Assembly: GCA_965205265.1 (NCBI GenBank)
Contig: CBDBGH010000003.1
Coordinates: 736,001-800,000 of the forward strand
Source: Alphaproteobacteria bacterium
GTDB taxonomy: Bacteria > Pseudomonadota > Alphaproteobacteria > Bin95
Direction of reading: 5' to 3'
DNA length: 64,000 bases
This document shows, in pieces, positions 36,649 through 48,164 of the stretch. How positions within the stretch are numbered: position 1 is the stretch's first letter; each line of letters starts with the position of its first letter. The notes below the pieces were generated by a model, which searched no databases, was not told where the DNA came from, and was given only the letters and a program-made list of their open reading frames with translations. The translations under genes were made by a program, and so were the position numbers.

Positions 36649-38019
36649 ATGCCTGTCGCCGTGACCATGCCGGCGCTTTCGCCGACCATGACGGAAGGGA
36701 CGCTCGCCAAATGGCTGGTCGCCGAGGGCGACCGGGTCAGCCCGGGCGATGTGATCGCCGAGATCGAGACCGACAAGGCGACCATGGAAGTCGAGGCCGT
36801 TGACGAGGGCATTGTCGCCAGCCTCGCCGTTCCTGAGGGCGCGGAAGGCATAGAGGTCAACGCCACGATCCTGTGGCTCAGAGGCGAAGGCGAAAGCGCG
36901 GACGCCGTGCCGGTTGCCGAGCCGCCTCCTCCGGTTGCGGAGCCGCCGCCTGCGGTCGTGAAGGCGCCGCCCGCTGCTCCGGCCCGACCGAAGCCGGAAG
37001 CGGCGAAGCCCGCGCCGGAGCCGGACTATCGGGGCGAGACGGTGGAGATGACCGTGCGCGAGGCGCTCCGGGACGCGATGGCGGAGGAAATGCGCCGCGA
37101 CGAGACGGTCTTCGTCATGGGCGAGGAAGTCGCGGAATATGAAGGCGCCTACAAGGTGACGCAGGGCCTGCTTGCCGAGTTCGGGCCCCGCCGGGTCCGC
37201 GACACGCCGATTACCGAGCATGGCTTCGCGGGGCTCGGCGTCGGCGCGGCCTTCGGCGGGCTGCGGCCCGTGGTCGAGTTCATGACCTTCAACTTCGCCA
37301 TGCAGGCCATAGACCAGATCGTCAACTCCGCCGCCAAGACGCTTTACATGTCGGGCGGCCAGATGGGCTGCCCGATCGTTTTCCGGGGGCCGAACGGGGC
37401 GGCCTCGCGCGTCGCCGCGCAGCATTCGCAATGCTATGCCAGCTGGTATGCGCATGTGCCCGGCATGATCGTGGTCTCGCCGTTTTCGGCCGCGGATGCG
37501 AAGGGCCTGCTCAAGGCGGCGATCCGGAATCCGAACCCGGTCATCTTCCTGGAAAACGAGATTCTCTACGGCCAGCGCGGCGAGGTGCCGAGCGATGCCG
37601 ACTACACCGTGCCCATCGGCCGCGCGAAAGTGCTGCGGCCCGGCCGGGACGTGACCATTGTGGCCTTCTCACGCATGTGCGCCACGGCGCTCGAAGCGGC
37701 CGGCACGCTGGCGGGCGAGGGGATCGAGGCCGAGGTGATCGACCTTCGCACGCTGCGCCCGCTCGACCGGGAGGCCATCGCGGCATCGGTCCGCAAGACG
37801 AACCGCATCGTTTCCGTGGAGGAGGGCTGGCCCGTGGCCGGCATCGGCTCGGAGATCGCGGCGATTGCGATGGAAGACGCCTTCGACTGGCTGGACGCGC
37901 CGGTCGTGCGCGTGGCCGGGGAAGACGTGCCGATGCCCTATGCCGCCAATCTCGAAGCGCTGGCCCTGCCGGACGCGGCGCGCATTGCCGCTGCGGCGCG
38001 GGCCGTCTGCTACGCCTGA
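36649..38019 (+). CDS. pdhB: Pyruvate dehydrogenase E1 beta subunit with N-terminal lipoyl domain
   Basis: MPALSPTM...IETDKATME lipoyl domain; [27 protein letters not shown]. Confidence 0.95.
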   Translation: MPVAVTMPALSPTMTEGTLAKWLVAEGDRVSPGDVIAEIETDKATMEVEAVDEGIVASLAVPEGAEGIEVNATILWLRGEGESADAVPVAEPPPPVAEPPPAVVKAPPAAPARPKPEAAKPAPEPDYRGETVEMTVREALRDAMAEEMRRDETVFVMGEEVAEYEGAYKVTQGLLAEFGPRRVRDTPITEHGFAGLGVGAAFGGLRPVVEFMTFNFAMQAIDQIVNSAAKTLYMSGGQMGCPIVFRGPNGAASRVAAQHSQCYASWYAHVPGMIVVSPFSAADAKGLLKAAIRNPNPVIFLENEILYGQRGEVPSDADYTVPIGRAKVLRPGRDVTIVAFSRMCATALEAAGTLAGEGIEAEVIDLRTLRPLDREAIAASVRKTNRIVSVEEGWPVAGIGSEIAAIAMEDAFDWLDAPVVRVAGEDVPMPYAANLEALALPDAARIAAAARAVCYA

Positions 38020-38033
38020 GGGGACCGTTCGGG

Positions 38034-39401
38034 ATGGCGACCGAGATTCTTATGCCGGCTTTGTCGCCGACGATGACGGAGGGCAATCTCGTCAAGTGGC
38101 TGGTGGGCCGGGGCGACAGGGTGGAGCCGGGCGACGTGATCGCCGAGATCGAGACCGACAAGGCGACGATGGAAGTCGAAGCGGTCGATGAAGGCGTTGT
38201 CGGGCGCATCGTGGTGCCGGAAGGCAGCGAAGGCGTCGCTGTCAACGCGGTGATCGCCGTGCTTGTGGAAGAGGGCGAGGAACTGGGCGAAGAAACGGCC
38301 GCGCCACCCTCCGCGCCGGCCGCTCCGCCGCCCGAAGCCGAGGCGCTTCCGGCCGCGCCGGAGCAGGAGGCGGGCCGAGAGGCGAAGGCGACGCCGCTTG
38401 CGCGGCGCATGGCCGCTCTTGCCGGCATCGACCTCGCGGCGATTGCCGGCAGCGGCGCGCATGGGCGGATCACGCGCGACGATGTGCGCCGGGCCGCTGG
38501 CCGGACGGCCCCGGCCGAAGTCGATGAGGGCCGCGAGCGCATTTTCGCGAGCCCGCTGGCGCGGCGGATGGCGGGCGAGGCGGAGCTTCCCCTGCAAGAT
38601 GTGGCCGGCAGCGGCCCCGAGGGCCGGATCGTCAAGCGGGACATCGAGCGCGAACTACGGCAGGGCGCGGCGGCGCCTTCGGCCCCGGCGGACCCGGAGC
38701 AGTTGCCGGGCCTGCCGCCCTTCGAGCGCGTCAGGCACTCGAACATGCGCAAGGTCATCGCGCGCCGGCTGACCGAGTCCAAGCAGACGGTCCCGCATTT
38801 CTACCTGACGGTGGATTGCGAGATCGACGCGCTGCTGGAGGCGCGCCGGGAGATCAATCTGCGCGCGCCGGAAGGCGTCAAGGTCTCGGTCAACGATTTC
38901 GTCGTCAAGGCGCTGGCGACCGCGCTTTGCCGCGTGCCGGACGCCAATGCCGCCTGGACCGAGGACGGCTTGTTGAAATTCCAGCAGGTCGATGTATCGG
39001 TGGCCGTCGCGGTGCCGAACGGGCTGGTGACGCCGGTCGTGCGCCAGGCGGAGGCGAAGGGGCTCGCCGAGATTTCCATCGAGATGGCGGACTTCGCCGC
39101 CCGCGCCCGCGAGGGCAAGCTGATGCCGGAGGAATACCAAGGCGGCACCACCAGCGTCTCCAATCTCGGCATGTTCGGCATCCGCCAGTTCGACGCCGTC
39201 ATCAATCCGCCCCAGGGGACAATCCTGGCGGTCGGCGCCGGAGAGCAGCGGCCGGTCGTGAAGAAGGGCGCGCTGGCGGTGGCCACGGTGATGAGCTGCA
39301 CGCTTTCCTGCGACCACCGCGCTGTGGACGGCGCGCTCGGCGCCCGGCTGCTGGGCGTTTTCAAGGCGCTGGTCGAATGCCCGGCGGCGATGTTGCTGTA
39401 G
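38034..39401 (+). CDS. pdhC: Pyruvate dehydrogenase E2 dihydrolipoamide acetyltransferase
   Basis: ETDKA lipoyl domain, two E3-binding motifs, PHFYL, SNLGMFG, DHRAVDGA. Confidence 0.94.
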   Translation: MATEILMPALSPTMTEGNLVKWLVGRGDRVEPGDVIAEIETDKATMEVEAVDEGVVGRIVVPEGSEGVAVNAVIAVLVEEGEELGEETAAPPSAPAAPPPEAEALPAAPEQEAGREAKATPLARRMAALAGIDLAAIAGSGAHGRITRDDVRRAAGRTAPAEVDEGRERIFASPLARRMAGEAELPLQDVAGSGPEGRIVKRDIERELRQGAAAPSAPADPEQLPGLPPFERVRHSNMRKVIARRLTESKQTVPHFYLTVDCEIDALLEARREINLRAPEGVKVSVNDFVVKALATALCRVPDANAAWTEDGLLKFQQVDVSVAVAVPNGLVTPVVRQAEAKGLAEISIEMADFAARAREGKLMPEEYQGGTTSVSNLGMFGIRQFDAVINPPQGTILAVGAGEQRPVVKKGALAVATVMSCTLSCDHRAVDGALGARLLGVFKALVECPAAMLL

Positions 39402-39419
39402 CCGGCCCGGAGTAAGGCA

Positions 39420-40811
39420 ATGGCCGACAAACAATTCGATCTCGTCGTCGTCGGCGGCGGACCGGGCGGCTATGTTGCGGCGATTCGGGCCGCGCAGCTC
39501 GGCATGAACGCAGCGCTGGTCGAGCGCGAGCATCTGGGCGGCATCTGCCTCAATTGGGGCTGCATCCCGACCAAGGCCCTGTTGCGCAGCTCGGAGATCA
39601 ACCACCTGCTGCACAATCTCGGCGACTACGGCTTCAGCGCGGGCGATGTTTCCTTCGACCTCGGCCGGATCGTGAAGCGCTCCCGGAAAGTGGCCGGGCA
39701 GCTGTCGCGCGGCGTCAGCCACCTGCTGAGGAAGAACAAGGTGACCGTCATCGACGGCGCGGGCCGGCTGGCGGGACGCGGGCGCGTCGCTGTCGAGAAG
39801 GACGGGCAGGAAGTCGATGCGCTCGCCGCGCCCCATATCATCCTTGCGACGGGCGCGCGCGCGCGGTCCCTGCCGAACCTGGAACCGGACGGCAAGACGG
39901 TCTGGAGCTACAAGGAGGCGATGGTGCCCGACTCTGTGCCGGAAAGCCTGCTTGTGGTCGGCTCGGGCGCCATCGGCATCGAGTTCGCGAGCTTCTACGG
40001 CAATCTCGGCGTGCCGGTGACGGTCGTCGAGGTGCTCGACCGCATCCTGCCGGCGGAGGACCCGGAAATCTCGGACTTCGCGCTGAAGGCCTTCCGGAAG
40101 CAGGGCATGACCCTGATGACGGGCGCGAGGGTCACGGAGGTCGCGGACGGCAAGGCGTCCGTGCAGGCGGCCGACGGCGGGACGGTGACGGTGGATGCCG
40201 GGACGGTGATTCTGGCGGTCGGCATAACGGGCAATGTCGAGGATCTGGGCCTTGAGGACACGGGCGTCGAGGTTGAGGCCGGCCATGTCGTCACCGATGA
40301 ATGGCTCCGGACCGGCGAGCCCGGCGTCTATGCCATCGGCGATCTTGTGGGCCCGCCCTGGCTCGCCCACAAGGCCAGCCATGAGGGCGTGCTCTGCGTC
40401 GAAAAGATCGCCGGGCTTGAGGGGCTGCACCCGCTCGATCCCGGCGCGATCCCGGGTTGCACCTATTGCCGCCCGCAGGTCGCCAGCATCGGCTATACTG
40501 AGCCGGCCGCGAAGGAGGCCGGCTACGAGGTCCGCGTCGGGCGGTTCCCCTATGTCGGCAACGGCAAGGCGATTGCGCTCGGCGAGCCCGAGGGCCTCAT
40601 CAAGACCGTGTTCGACGCGGCGACGGGAGAGTTGCTGGGGGCGCATATGATCGGCGCCGAGGTGACGGAGCTCATTCAGGGATATGCCATCGCCCGCAAT
40701 CTGGAGGCGACGGAAGCGGAACTGATGCATACCGTCTTTCCGCATCCGACCCTTTCCGAGGCGATGCACGAATCGGTGTTGGACGCTTATGGACGCGCCA
40801 TCCACTTCTGA
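39420..40811 (+). CDS. lpdA: Dihydrolipoamide dehydrogenase
   Basis: [36 protein letters not shown]. Confidence 0.95.
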   Translation: MADKQFDLVVVGGGPGGYVAAIRAAQLGMNAALVEREHLGGICLNWGCIPTKALLRSSEINHLLHNLGDYGFSAGDVSFDLGRIVKRSRKVAGQLSRGVSHLLRKNKVTVIDGAGRLAGRGRVAVEKDGQEVDALAAPHIILATGARARSLPNLEPDGKTVWSYKEAMVPDSVPESLLVVGSGAIGIEFASFYGNLGVPVTVVEVLDRILPAEDPEISDFALKAFRKQGMTLMTGARVTEVADGKASVQAADGGTVTVDAGTVILAVGITGNVEDLGLEDTGVEVEAGHVVTDEWLRTGEPGVYAIGDLVGPPWLAHKASHEGVLCVEKIAGLEGLHPLDPGAIPGCTYCRPQVASIGYTEPAAKEAGYEVRVGRFPYVGNGKAIALGEPEGLIKTVFDAATGELLGAHMIGAEVTELIQGYAIARNLEATEAELMHTVFPHPTLSEAMHESVLDAYGRAIHF

Positions 40812-41760
40812 TCGGGCGACCGCCCGCTCGCGGACCGGCGGCGCCGCGCGGCCCTTCCGGCATCCGGAAAAGCGCCTGCGCCCGGACAATCCGAGCCCGC
40901 GCAAGCCGCCCTGGATTCGCGTCAGGGCGCCGACTTCGGAGGCCTATGCGGAAACGCGCCGCATCGTGCGCGAACACGGCCTCGCGACGGTGTGCGAGGA
41001 AGCCGGCTGCCCGAATATCGGCGAGTGCTGGGCCGAACGCCACGCAACCATGATGATCATGGGCGAGATCTGCACCCGCGCCTGCGCCTTCTGCAATGTC
41101 GCGACCGGCAGGCCCGGCGCGCTCGACCGCGGCGAGCCCGAGAATGTGGGCAAGGCGGTGGCGAAGCTGGGCTTGGCGCATGTGGTCATCACCTCCGTGG
41201 ACCGCGACGACCTCGACGACGGCGGCGCGGCGCATTTCGCCGAGACGGTCGGATGGATCCGCAGCTATGCGCCCGGCACGACCGTGGAATTGCTCACGCC
41301 CGATTTCCTGAGAAAGCCGGGCGCGCTGGAGACCGTGGTCGCCGCGAAGCCGGATGTCTTCAACCACAATCTCGAAACCGTGCCGGGCCTCTACAGCGCC
41401 GTCAGGCCGGGCGCGCGCTACTACCACAGCGTCCGGCTGCTGGAGCGCGCCAAGGAGCTGGACCCCGCCCTGTTCACCAAGTCCGGCATGATGGTCGGCC
41501 TCGGAGAAACCCGCGAACAGGTCGCGCAGGTGATGGACGACCTGCGCTGCGCGGACGTGGATTTCCTCACCATCGGGCAGTATCTCCAGCCGACGCCGAA
41601 GCATCACAGGGTGGACCGTTTCGTGACGCCGGAGGAGTTCGAGGCCTATGCGGCAATGGCAAGGGCCAAGGGTTTCCTGCTGGTCTCGGCCTCGCCGCTG
41701 ACGCGGTCCTCCTACCATGCCGACAGCGATTTCGCGAAGCTGAAGGCCGCGCGCGGCTGA
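40789..41760 (+). CDS. lipA: Lipoyl synthase
   Basis: [34 protein letters not shown]. Confidence 0.95.
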   Translation: MDAPSTSDRATARSRTGGAARPFRHPEKRLRPDNPSPRKPPWIRVRAPTSEAYAETRRIVREHGLATVCEEAGCPNIGECWAERHATMMIMGEICTRACAFCNVATGRPGALDRGEPENVGKAVAKLGLAHVVITSVDRDDLDDGGAAHFAETVGWIRSYAPGTTVELLTPDFLRKPGALETVVAAKPDVFNHNLETVPGLYSAVRPGARYYHSVRLLERAKELDPALFTKSGMMVGLGETREQVAQVMDDLRCADVDFLTIGQYLQPTPKHHRVDRFVTPEEFEAYAAMARAKGFLLVSASPLTRSSYHADSDFAKLKAARG

Positions 41761-42245
41761 TGCCGAGCCACCGCGAACGGCGGTTCGTGCCCTATGCGCC
41801 GGACCGGATGTTCGCCCTCGTTGCGGATATCGAGCGTTACCCAGAGTTCATTCCCTGGTGCGCCGGGGCGCGCATCCGCCAGCGGGAGGGGGCGCTTGTC
41901 GTCGCCGACCTCCGGGTGCGTTTCGGCCCCTTTCGCGAGAGCTTTACCTCCCGCGTCTCGCTGACGCCGCCGGAACGCATCGACGTCGCCTATGCGCACG
42001 GGCCGCTCTCGCACATGGCGACGCATTGGCGTTTCACGCCCGCCGAGGGCGGAACCGTGATCGACTTCAGCATCGACTGCGATTTCCGCTCGGCGCTGCT
42101 GCGGGGTCTGGCGAGCCGGTTCTTCCATGAGGCCGCAAAGCGGATGGCGCAAGCCTTCGAGGCGCGGGCGCACAAGCTCTACGGCGACGAGGCGGGACCG
42201 CGCGGCGAACGGCCCAGCGGGCAGGGGAGAGGGAAAACAGCATGA
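41760..42245 (+). CDS. Coq10/RatA (PasT) START-domain protein
   Basis: MFALVADIERYPEFIPWC, ESFTSRV, GPLSHM..HWRF, AFEARA; TGATG coupled to lipA. Confidence 0.88.
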   Translation: MPSHRERRFVPYAPDRMFALVADIERYPEFIPWCAGARIRQREGALVVADLRVRFGPFRESFTSRVSLTPPERIDVAYAHGPLSHMATHWRFTPAEGGTVIDFSIDCDFRSALLRGLASRFFHEAAKRMAQAFEARAHKLYGDEAGPRGERPSGQGRGKTA

Positions 42246-43111
42246 AAATCGGCGTGGCATTTCCGACTACGGAAATCGGGACGGACCCGGCGGTTATCCG
42301 CGGGTTCGCGCAGGAGGTGGAGGCGCTCGGCTACGACCATCTCACCTGCATCGACCATGTGGTGCAGGAGGTCTCGAACGGCGCGGAGGACTGGCGGGCC
42401 TATTACACGCTCGACAACATGTTCCACGAGCCCCTGACCCTGTTCGGCTTCCTGGCCTGCGCCACGGAACGGATCGAGCTTGCAACCGCGATTCTCATCC
42501 TCCCGCAGCGGCAAACGGCGCTGGTCGCCAAGCAGGCAGCGGAAATAGACCTCCTGTCCGCCGGCAGGTTGCGCCTCGGCGTCGGCATCGGCTGGAACGC
42601 CATGGAATTCGAGGTGCTGGGGCAGTCCTTCCGAAACCGCGCCCGGCGGATGGAGGAGCAAATCGCCTATATGCGCCGGCTGTGGACCGAGCCGTCCGGC
42701 AGTTTCTCCGGCGAATGGCACGAGCATCGGGACGCCGGCATCGCCCCGCTGCCGCTTCAGCGCCCGATTCCGCTCTGGATCGGGGCGTTCCAGGACCCGG
42801 CGATCGAACGCGCGGGGCGTCTCGGCGACGGCTGGTTCGCCAATCCGCGGGTGCCGCCCGGCAATGAGATGGCTCGCCAGATCGCGCTGGCGCGGGGCGC
42901 GGCCGAGAAGGCCGGGCGCGACCCGGCCGCGCTCGGCATCGACGGGACCATCCATATCGGCGAGCGCACGCCGGAAGACGCGGCAAGCGAGCTTTCGCGC
43001 TGGGAAACGCTGGGCGTCAGCCATGTGACCGTGCGCACGATGTATTCCGGCTTCGAGACGCCCGCGGAGCACCTGGACGCGCTCAGGCGCTTCAGGAAGG
43101 CGATGGGCTGA
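42242..43111 (+). CDS. LLM-class, probably F420-dependent, oxidoreductase
   Basis: [60 protein letters not shown]. Confidence 0.85.
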   Translation: MKIGVAFPTTEIGTDPAVIRGFAQEVEALGYDHLTCIDHVVQEVSNGAEDWRAYYTLDNMFHEPLTLFGFLACATERIELATAILILPQRQTALVAKQAAEIDLLSAGRLRLGVGIGWNAMEFEVLGQSFRNRARRMEEQIAYMRRLWTEPSGSFSGEWHEHRDAGIAPLPLQRPIPLWIGAFQDPAIERAGRLGDGWFANPRVPPGNEMARQIALARGAAEKAGRDPAALGIDGTIHIGERTPEDAASELSRWETLGVSHVTVRTMYSGFETPAEHLDALRRFRKAMG

Positions 43112-43123
43112 CGACCCTCCCTC

Positions 43124-43780
43124 CTATTCCGCCGCTGCTACGCCGACCGGACAGGAGACGCCGGTGCCTCCAAGCCCGCAATACCCGTATGGCACCTTGG
43201 CCAGATATTGCTGGTGGATATCCTCGGCGTAGTAGAAGGGCGGCGCATCCACAATCTCGGTGGTGATGGCGCCGTAGCCCGCCTGCCGCAACGCCTCGGC
43301 GAAACGAGCTTTGGACGCTTCCGCCGCCTCCCGCTGCGCGTCGTCATAGACATAGATGCCGGAGCGGTATTGCGTGCCGACATCGTTGCCCTGGCGCATG
43401 CCCTGGGTCGGATCGTGGGTCTCCCAGAAGACCTTGAGCAGCACGTCGTAGGAAACGCGCGTCGGGTCGAACACGACCAGGACGACTTCATTGTGCCCGG
43501 TGCGGCCGGTACAGACATCCTCATAGGTCGGGTTGGCCGTGTAGCCTCCCGCATAGCCGACAGCGGTGGTCCACACGCCGGGCGTTTCCCAGAACTTGCG
43601 CTCGGCGCCCCAGAAGCAGCCGAGCCCGAAAAGCGCCCGCTCCATGTCTTCCGGGAAGGGCGGCGTCATGGTGACGCCATTGACGAAATGCTGAGGCGGA
43701 ACCGGCATGACACGGTCGCGGTCCGGCAGCGCCCGATCCGGGGTGACCATCTGGACCTTCTTCATCAGGCCGAAAAACAT
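43124..43780 (-). CDS. msrA: Peptide methionine sulfoxide reductase A
   Basis: [44 protein letters not shown]. Confidence 0.95.
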   Translation of the reverse strand: MFFGLMKKVQMVTPDRALPDRDRVMPVPPQHFVNGVTMTPPFPEDMERALFGLGCFWGAERKFWETPGVWTTAVGYAGGYTANPTYEDVCTGRTGHNEVVLVVFDPTRVSYDVLLKVFWETHDPTQGMRQGNDVGTQYRSGIYVYDDAQREAAEASKARFAEALRQAGYGAITTEIVDAPPFYYAEDIHQQYLAKVPYGYCGLGGTGVSCPVGVAAAE

Positions 43781-43885
43781 CGCGGGCCCCCTGTCTCGCT
43801 GGTGGGACAACTCTGCAAGTATAGCCGGTTGTCCCGGCGCTGCGGCGGTTTATATTTCAGCCAACGCAGTTCGTCGGAACCGCTC

Positions 43886-44608
43886 ATGGACCTCGGCAAG
43901 GCCAGACGCCCGAAACTCTTCCACGCCACCACGCCGGGCGCCTGTCCCTATTTGCCGGAACAGCTCGAATGCAAGCTGGTTATCGAGCTCTCGGACCCCG
44001 AGGCCGGATCCCTCTACACCGATCTTTCGCGAGCCGGTTTCCGTCGAAGCTACGGTTACGCCTACCGCCCCGCCTGCAAGAGCTGCTCCGCCTGCGTGCC
44101 GGTTCGCATCGCCGTTGCCGATTACCGGGACACGCGCTCGCTCCGCCGGGTTCGCCGACGGAACCGCGACCTCCGGGACAGCCTGCGGCCCGCAATCGGC
44201 ACGGCCGAACAGTATTCGCTCTTCCGCCGCTACCAGGAGGACCGGCATGCGGCCAGCAAGATGGCGGCGATGACCTTTGCCGATTTTCGCTGCATGGTGG
44301 AGGAGACGCCCGTTTCCAGCTTCATTCTGGAAGTCCGGGACGACTCCGGCCGCCTGCTTGCCGCATGCCTGGCCGACTGGCTGGAGGACGGCCTTTCCGC
44401 GGTTTACAGCTTTTTCGATACCGGCGAGGCGCGCCGCAGCCTTGGCACCCAGATGATCTTGCGCCTGATAGATATCGCCCGGGCGATGGAGCTGGATGTC
44501 GTCTATCTGGGATACTGGATTTCGGGCAGCGGCACGATGGACTACAAGCACCGTTTCCCGGCTGTGGAGCAACTGGTGGACGCCCAATGGGCGCCCCTGG
44601 AGCCCTAG
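43886..44608 (+). CDS. bpt: Arginyl-tRNA-protein transferase-like (Bpt/Ate family)
   Basis: CPYLP, GFRRS..YAYRPACKSCSACVPVR, LSAVYSFFD, RSLGT, YLGYWI...MDYK..F. Confidence 0.85.
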   Translation: MDLGKARRPKLFHATTPGACPYLPEQLECKLVIELSDPEAGSLYTDLSRAGFRRSYGYAYRPACKSCSACVPVRIAVADYRDTRSLRRVRRRNRDLRDSLRPAIGTAEQYSLFRRYQEDRHAASKMAAMTFADFRCMVEETPVSSFILEVRDDSGRLLAACLADWLEDGLSAVYSFFDTGEARRSLGTQMILRLIDIARAMELDVVYLGYWISGSGTMDYKHRFPAVEQLVDAQWAPLEP

Positions 44609-44660
44609 CCGCATCCCGACGCCCGGCCGCCGGCGGCCCGCCGGGGCAGAAAGGTTTGCC

Positions 44661-46112
44661 ATGAAGCTCAAAGACCCGTCCCTGCTGCGTCAGCAATGCT
44701 ATATCGACGGCGCCTGGTGCGATGCCGACAGCGGCGACACCGTTCCGGTCACGAACCCGGCTACGGGCGAGGAACTGGGCAGGGTGCCGAGAATGGGCGC
44801 GGCCGAAACCCGGCGCGCCATCGAGGCCGCGGAGCGCGCCTGGCCGGCATGGCGGGCGAAGACCGCGAAGGAGCGAACCGCCATCCTGCGCCGCTGGCAC
44901 GACCTGATGATGGAGAACCGGGAAGACCTGGCCGTGCTCATGACCGCGGAGCAGGGTAAGCCGCTTGCCGAATCGCGGGGCGAGATCGTGTACGGGGCGT
45001 CGTTTATCGACTGGTTTGCCGAGGAAGGCCGGCGCGTTTACGGCGACACCATTCCGCAGCACCAGCCGGACAAGCGCATCCTGGCGATCAAGCAGCCTGT
45101 CGGAGTCTGCGCGGCGATTACGCCGTGGAACTTCCCGAACGCCATGATTACCCGCAAGGCCGGTCCTGCGCTTGCCGCCGGCTGTCCGATGGTGTTGAAG
45201 CCAGCCTCTGCGACGCCGTTTTCGGCGCTCGCGCTTGCCGAGCTCGGCGAACGGGCCGGCATTCCCAAGGGCGTATTCAGCGTCGTTACCGGCGCGTCGG
45301 GGGCCATTGGCGCCGAAATGACGACAAGCCCGATCGTGCGCAAGCTTTCCTTCACGGGCTCCACGGAAATCGGCAAGGTGCTGATGGCGCAATGCGCGAG
45401 CACCATCAAGAAGGTGTCGCTGGAACTCGGCGGCAACGCGCCCTTCATCGTCTTCAATGACGCGGATCTGGATGCGGCGGTGGAGGGCGCCATCGCCTCC
45501 AAATACCGCAATATGGGCCAGACCTGTGTTTGCGCGAACCGCCTCCTCGTCCAGTCCGGCGTCTATGAGGATTTCGCGGCGAGGCTGAGCCAGGCGGTGT
45601 CCGGCATGTCTGTCGGCAACGGGATGCAGGAAGGCGTGGTGCAGGGGCCGCTCATCGACATGAGTGCGGTCGAGAAGGTCGAGGAGCATATCGAGGACGC
45701 GCTTGCCAAGGGGGCGCGGGTCGTGGTCGGCGGCGGCCGGCACGAGCTCGGCGGCACCTATTTCAAGCCGACCGTGCTGGCGGATGTGACGCCCGGCATG
45801 AAAGTTGCACGGGAAGAGACCTTCGGTCCGCTCGCGCCGCTCTTCCGGTTCGAGGAAGAGGAAGAGGCGATTACGATGGCCAACGATACCGAGTTCGGCC
45901 TGGCGGCCTATTTCTACACCCGCGACCTCGGCACGGCGTGGCGCGTCTCCGAGGGCCTGGAATACGGCATTGTCGGCGTCAATACCGGGATCATCTCCAC
46001 GGCCGAGGCGCCGTTCGGCGGCGTCAAGGAGTCGGGCATCGGCCGCGAGGGCTCGCATTACGGCATCGAGGACTATCTGGAAGTCAAATATCTGTGCATG
46101 GCCGTCGGCTGA
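44661..46112 (+). CDS. gabD: NAD(P)-dependent succinate-semialdehyde dehydrogenase
   Basis: EQGKPLAE, ITPWNFPNAMITRK, SFTGSTEIG, LELGGNAP, GQTCVCANR, EETFGP, GREGS.YG. Confidence 0.9.
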   Translation: MKLKDPSLLRQQCYIDGAWCDADSGDTVPVTNPATGEELGRVPRMGAAETRRAIEAAERAWPAWRAKTAKERTAILRRWHDLMMENREDLAVLMTAEQGKPLAESRGEIVYGASFIDWFAEEGRRVYGDTIPQHQPDKRILAIKQPVGVCAAITPWNFPNAMITRKAGPALAAGCPMVLKPASATPFSALALAELGERAGIPKGVFSVVTGASGAIGAEMTTSPIVRKLSFTGSTEIGKVLMAQCASTIKKVSLELGGNAPFIVFNDADLDAAVEGAIASKYRNMGQTCVCANRLLVQSGVYEDFAARLSQAVSGMSVGNGMQEGVVQGPLIDMSAVEKVEEHIEDALAKGARVVVGGGRHELGGTYFKPTVLADVTPGMKVAREETFGPLAPLFRFEEEEEAITMANDTEFGLAAYFYTRDLGTAWRVSEGLEYGIVGVNTGIISTAEAPFGGVKESGIGREGSHYGIEDYLEVKYLCMAVG

Positions 46113-46115
46113 GCC

Positions 46116-46787
46116 TTGGGCGCTGACGAGGAGAAACGGCTGGCGGCGGCGCGCGCCGTCGATCTGGTGGAGGCCGGTATGACGGTCGGGCTCGGAACCG
46201 GCAGCACCGCTGCCCACGCCATCCGGATGCTGGGCCGGCGGGTCCGGGAAGGACTGGCGGTGCGCGGCGTGCCGACCTCCGAAGCCAGCGCGGCGCTCGC
46301 GCGGACGGAAGGCATTCCGCTCGCCGACCTCAATGAAGTGGACCGTGTCCATCTCGCCATAGACGGCGCGGACGAGGTGGACCCGCACAAGCGCTGCATC
46401 AAGGGCGGCGGCGGCGCGCTGCTGCGGGAGAAGATCGTCGCGAGCGCGGCGGACCGTTTTGTGGTCATCGTCGATTCCGGGAAAACGGTGGCGCGTCTGG
46501 GCGCCTTCCCGCTGCCTGTAGAGGCGGTGCCGTTCGCCCGCGAGCAGGTGCGGCGGCGGATGCTGGCGCTCGGCGCTTCCGTGGAATTGCGCGGCGGCGC
46601 GGAGGCGCCGTTCGTCACCGATGAAGGCAACAGCATCCTGGATTGCAGCTTCGGCGCCATTGCCGACGCGTCCGCGCTCGCCGCGCGGCTCGACACCGTC
46701 CCCGGCATTGTCGGGCACGGATTGTTCGTCGATATGGCCGACGACGTGATTGTCGGCAGGGGCAATTCCGCCCGTTTCATGGAGTGA
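46116..46787 (+). CDS. rpiA: Ribose-5-phosphate isomerase A
   Basis: GLGTGST, IDGADEVD, IKGGGGALLREKIVA. Confidence 0.94.
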   Translation: MGADEEKRLAAARAVDLVEAGMTVGLGTGSTAAHAIRMLGRRVREGLAVRGVPTSEASAALARTEGIPLADLNEVDRVHLAIDGADEVDPHKRCIKGGGGALLREKIVASAADRFVVIVDSGKTVARLGAFPLPVEAVPFAREQVRRRMLALGASVELRGGAEAPFVTDEGNSILDCSFGAIADASALAARLDTVPGIVGHGLFVDMADDVIVGRGNSARFME

Positions 46788-46798
46788 GGCAAGGCCGG

Positions 46799-48148
46799 AT
46801 GGCGCGTTACGACTACGACCTGTTTGTCATCGGCGCCGGCTCGGGGGGCGTGCGCGCGGCGCGCATTGCCGCCGGGCACGGCGCGCGGGTGGGCATTTGC
46901 GAGCAGAGCCGCGTCGGCGGCACCTGCGTCATCCGGGGCTGCATCCCGAAAAAGCTGCTGGTTTACGCCTCGCATTTCGCCCGCGATTTCGAGGACGCCC
47001 GCGCCTATGGCTGGGGGCCGGCCGCGAACGGGTTCGACTGGTCCCGCCTGATCGACAACAAGAACCGCGAGATCGACCGCCTGAACGGCATCTACCTTTC
47101 CCTGCTTTCGGACGCAGGCGTCGAATTGGCAGAGGAACGCGGCGTGCTGGAGGACGCGCATACCGTCCGGCTGGGCGGGCGCAGGATTACCGCCGACAAG
47201 ATATTGATTGCGGTCGGAGGCTGGCCCTGGATGCCGGACATTCCGGGAATCGAGCATGCAATTTCCTCCAACGAAGCGCTTGAATTGACGGCACGGCCCG
47301 ACCGGATCCTGATCGTCGGCGGCGGCTATATCGCCGTCGAGTTCGCCGGAATCTTCCACGGCCTCGGTGTCGAGACCGTCGAGATGATCCGCGCCGAGCA
47401 TCTGTTGAACGGCTTCGACGACGATATCCGCATCGAGCTCGGCGAGCAGATGCGGGCGGACGGCGTCGAGATCGTCAACCGGACCAATCCGACCGCCATC
47501 GAGAAGACGAACGGGGGCTTTCGCGTTGCAACGGATACGGGCAGGGTCGTCGAAGCCGATCTTGTCATGTTCGCAACCGGCCGCAATCCGAACACCGCCG
47601 GGCTGGGCCTCGAAGCCACGGGTGTCGAGATGGACCGCAAGGGGGCCGTTCTTGTCGATGCGGAGTCCCGGAGTTCGGTCGGGAATATCTACGCCATCGG
47701 CGATGTGACCGACCGGCTTGCGCTCACGCCCGTCGCGATACGCGAGGGGCATGCCTTTGCCGATACGGCGTTCGGCAACAGGCCCTGGCAGGCCGACCAC
47801 GCCAATGTGCCCACCGCCGTTTTCAGCCAGCCGCCCATCGGCACGGCCGGGCTCACCGAGGCCGAGGCGCGCGTGCAACATGGCGAGGTCGATATCTACA
47901 AGAGCCGCTTCCGGCCGCTGAAACACACGCTGACCGGCCGCGACGAGTTCACCCTGATGAAGCTCGTGGTCGAGCCGGGAAGCGGCCGCGTTCTCGGCGC
48001 GCATATGGTGGGCGCGGACGCCCCGGAGATCGCGCAGGGCCTTGGCATCGCCATCAAGATGGGCGCAACCAAGGCCCAGTTCGACGCGACGGTCGGCATC
48101 CACCCGACCGCCGCCGAAGAATTCGTGACGATGAGGGAGCCGGTTTAG
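46799..48148 (+). CDS. gor: Glutathione-disulfide reductase
   Basis: GAGSGGVRAAR, GGTCVIRGCIPKK, GGGYIAVEFA, GIHPTAAEEFVTM. Confidence 0.94.
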   Translation: MARYDYDLFVIGAGSGGVRAARIAAGHGARVGICEQSRVGGTCVIRGCIPKKLLVYASHFARDFEDARAYGWGPAANGFDWSRLIDNKNREIDRLNGIYLSLLSDAGVELAEERGVLEDAHTVRLGGRRITADKILIAVGGWPWMPDIPGIEHAISSNEALELTARPDRILIVGGGYIAVEFAGIFHGLGVETVEMIRAEHLLNGFDDDIRIELGEQMRADGVEIVNRTNPTAIEKTNGGFRVATDTGRVVEADLVMFATGRNPNTAGLGLEATGVEMDRKGAVLVDAESRSSVGNIYAIGDVTDRLALTPVAIREGHAFADTAFGNRPWQADHANVPTAVFSQPPIGTAGLTEAEARVQHGEVDIYKSRFRPLKHTLTGRDEFTLMKLVVEPGSGRVLGAHMVGADAPEIAQGLGIAIKMGATKAQFDATVGIHPTAAEEFVTMREPV

Positions 48149-48164
48149 CGCGATGGCAGGCCGG

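Noticed and set aside
36649-38260. DNA repeat between the pdhB and pdhC 5' ends
   Set aside because: Explained by homologous lipoyl domains, normal for alphaproteobacterial PDH.
41760-42245. RatA as a toxin-antitoxin toxin
   Set aside because: lipA-coupled RatA/Coq10 is a conserved ubiquinone-binding protein, not an accessory TA gene.
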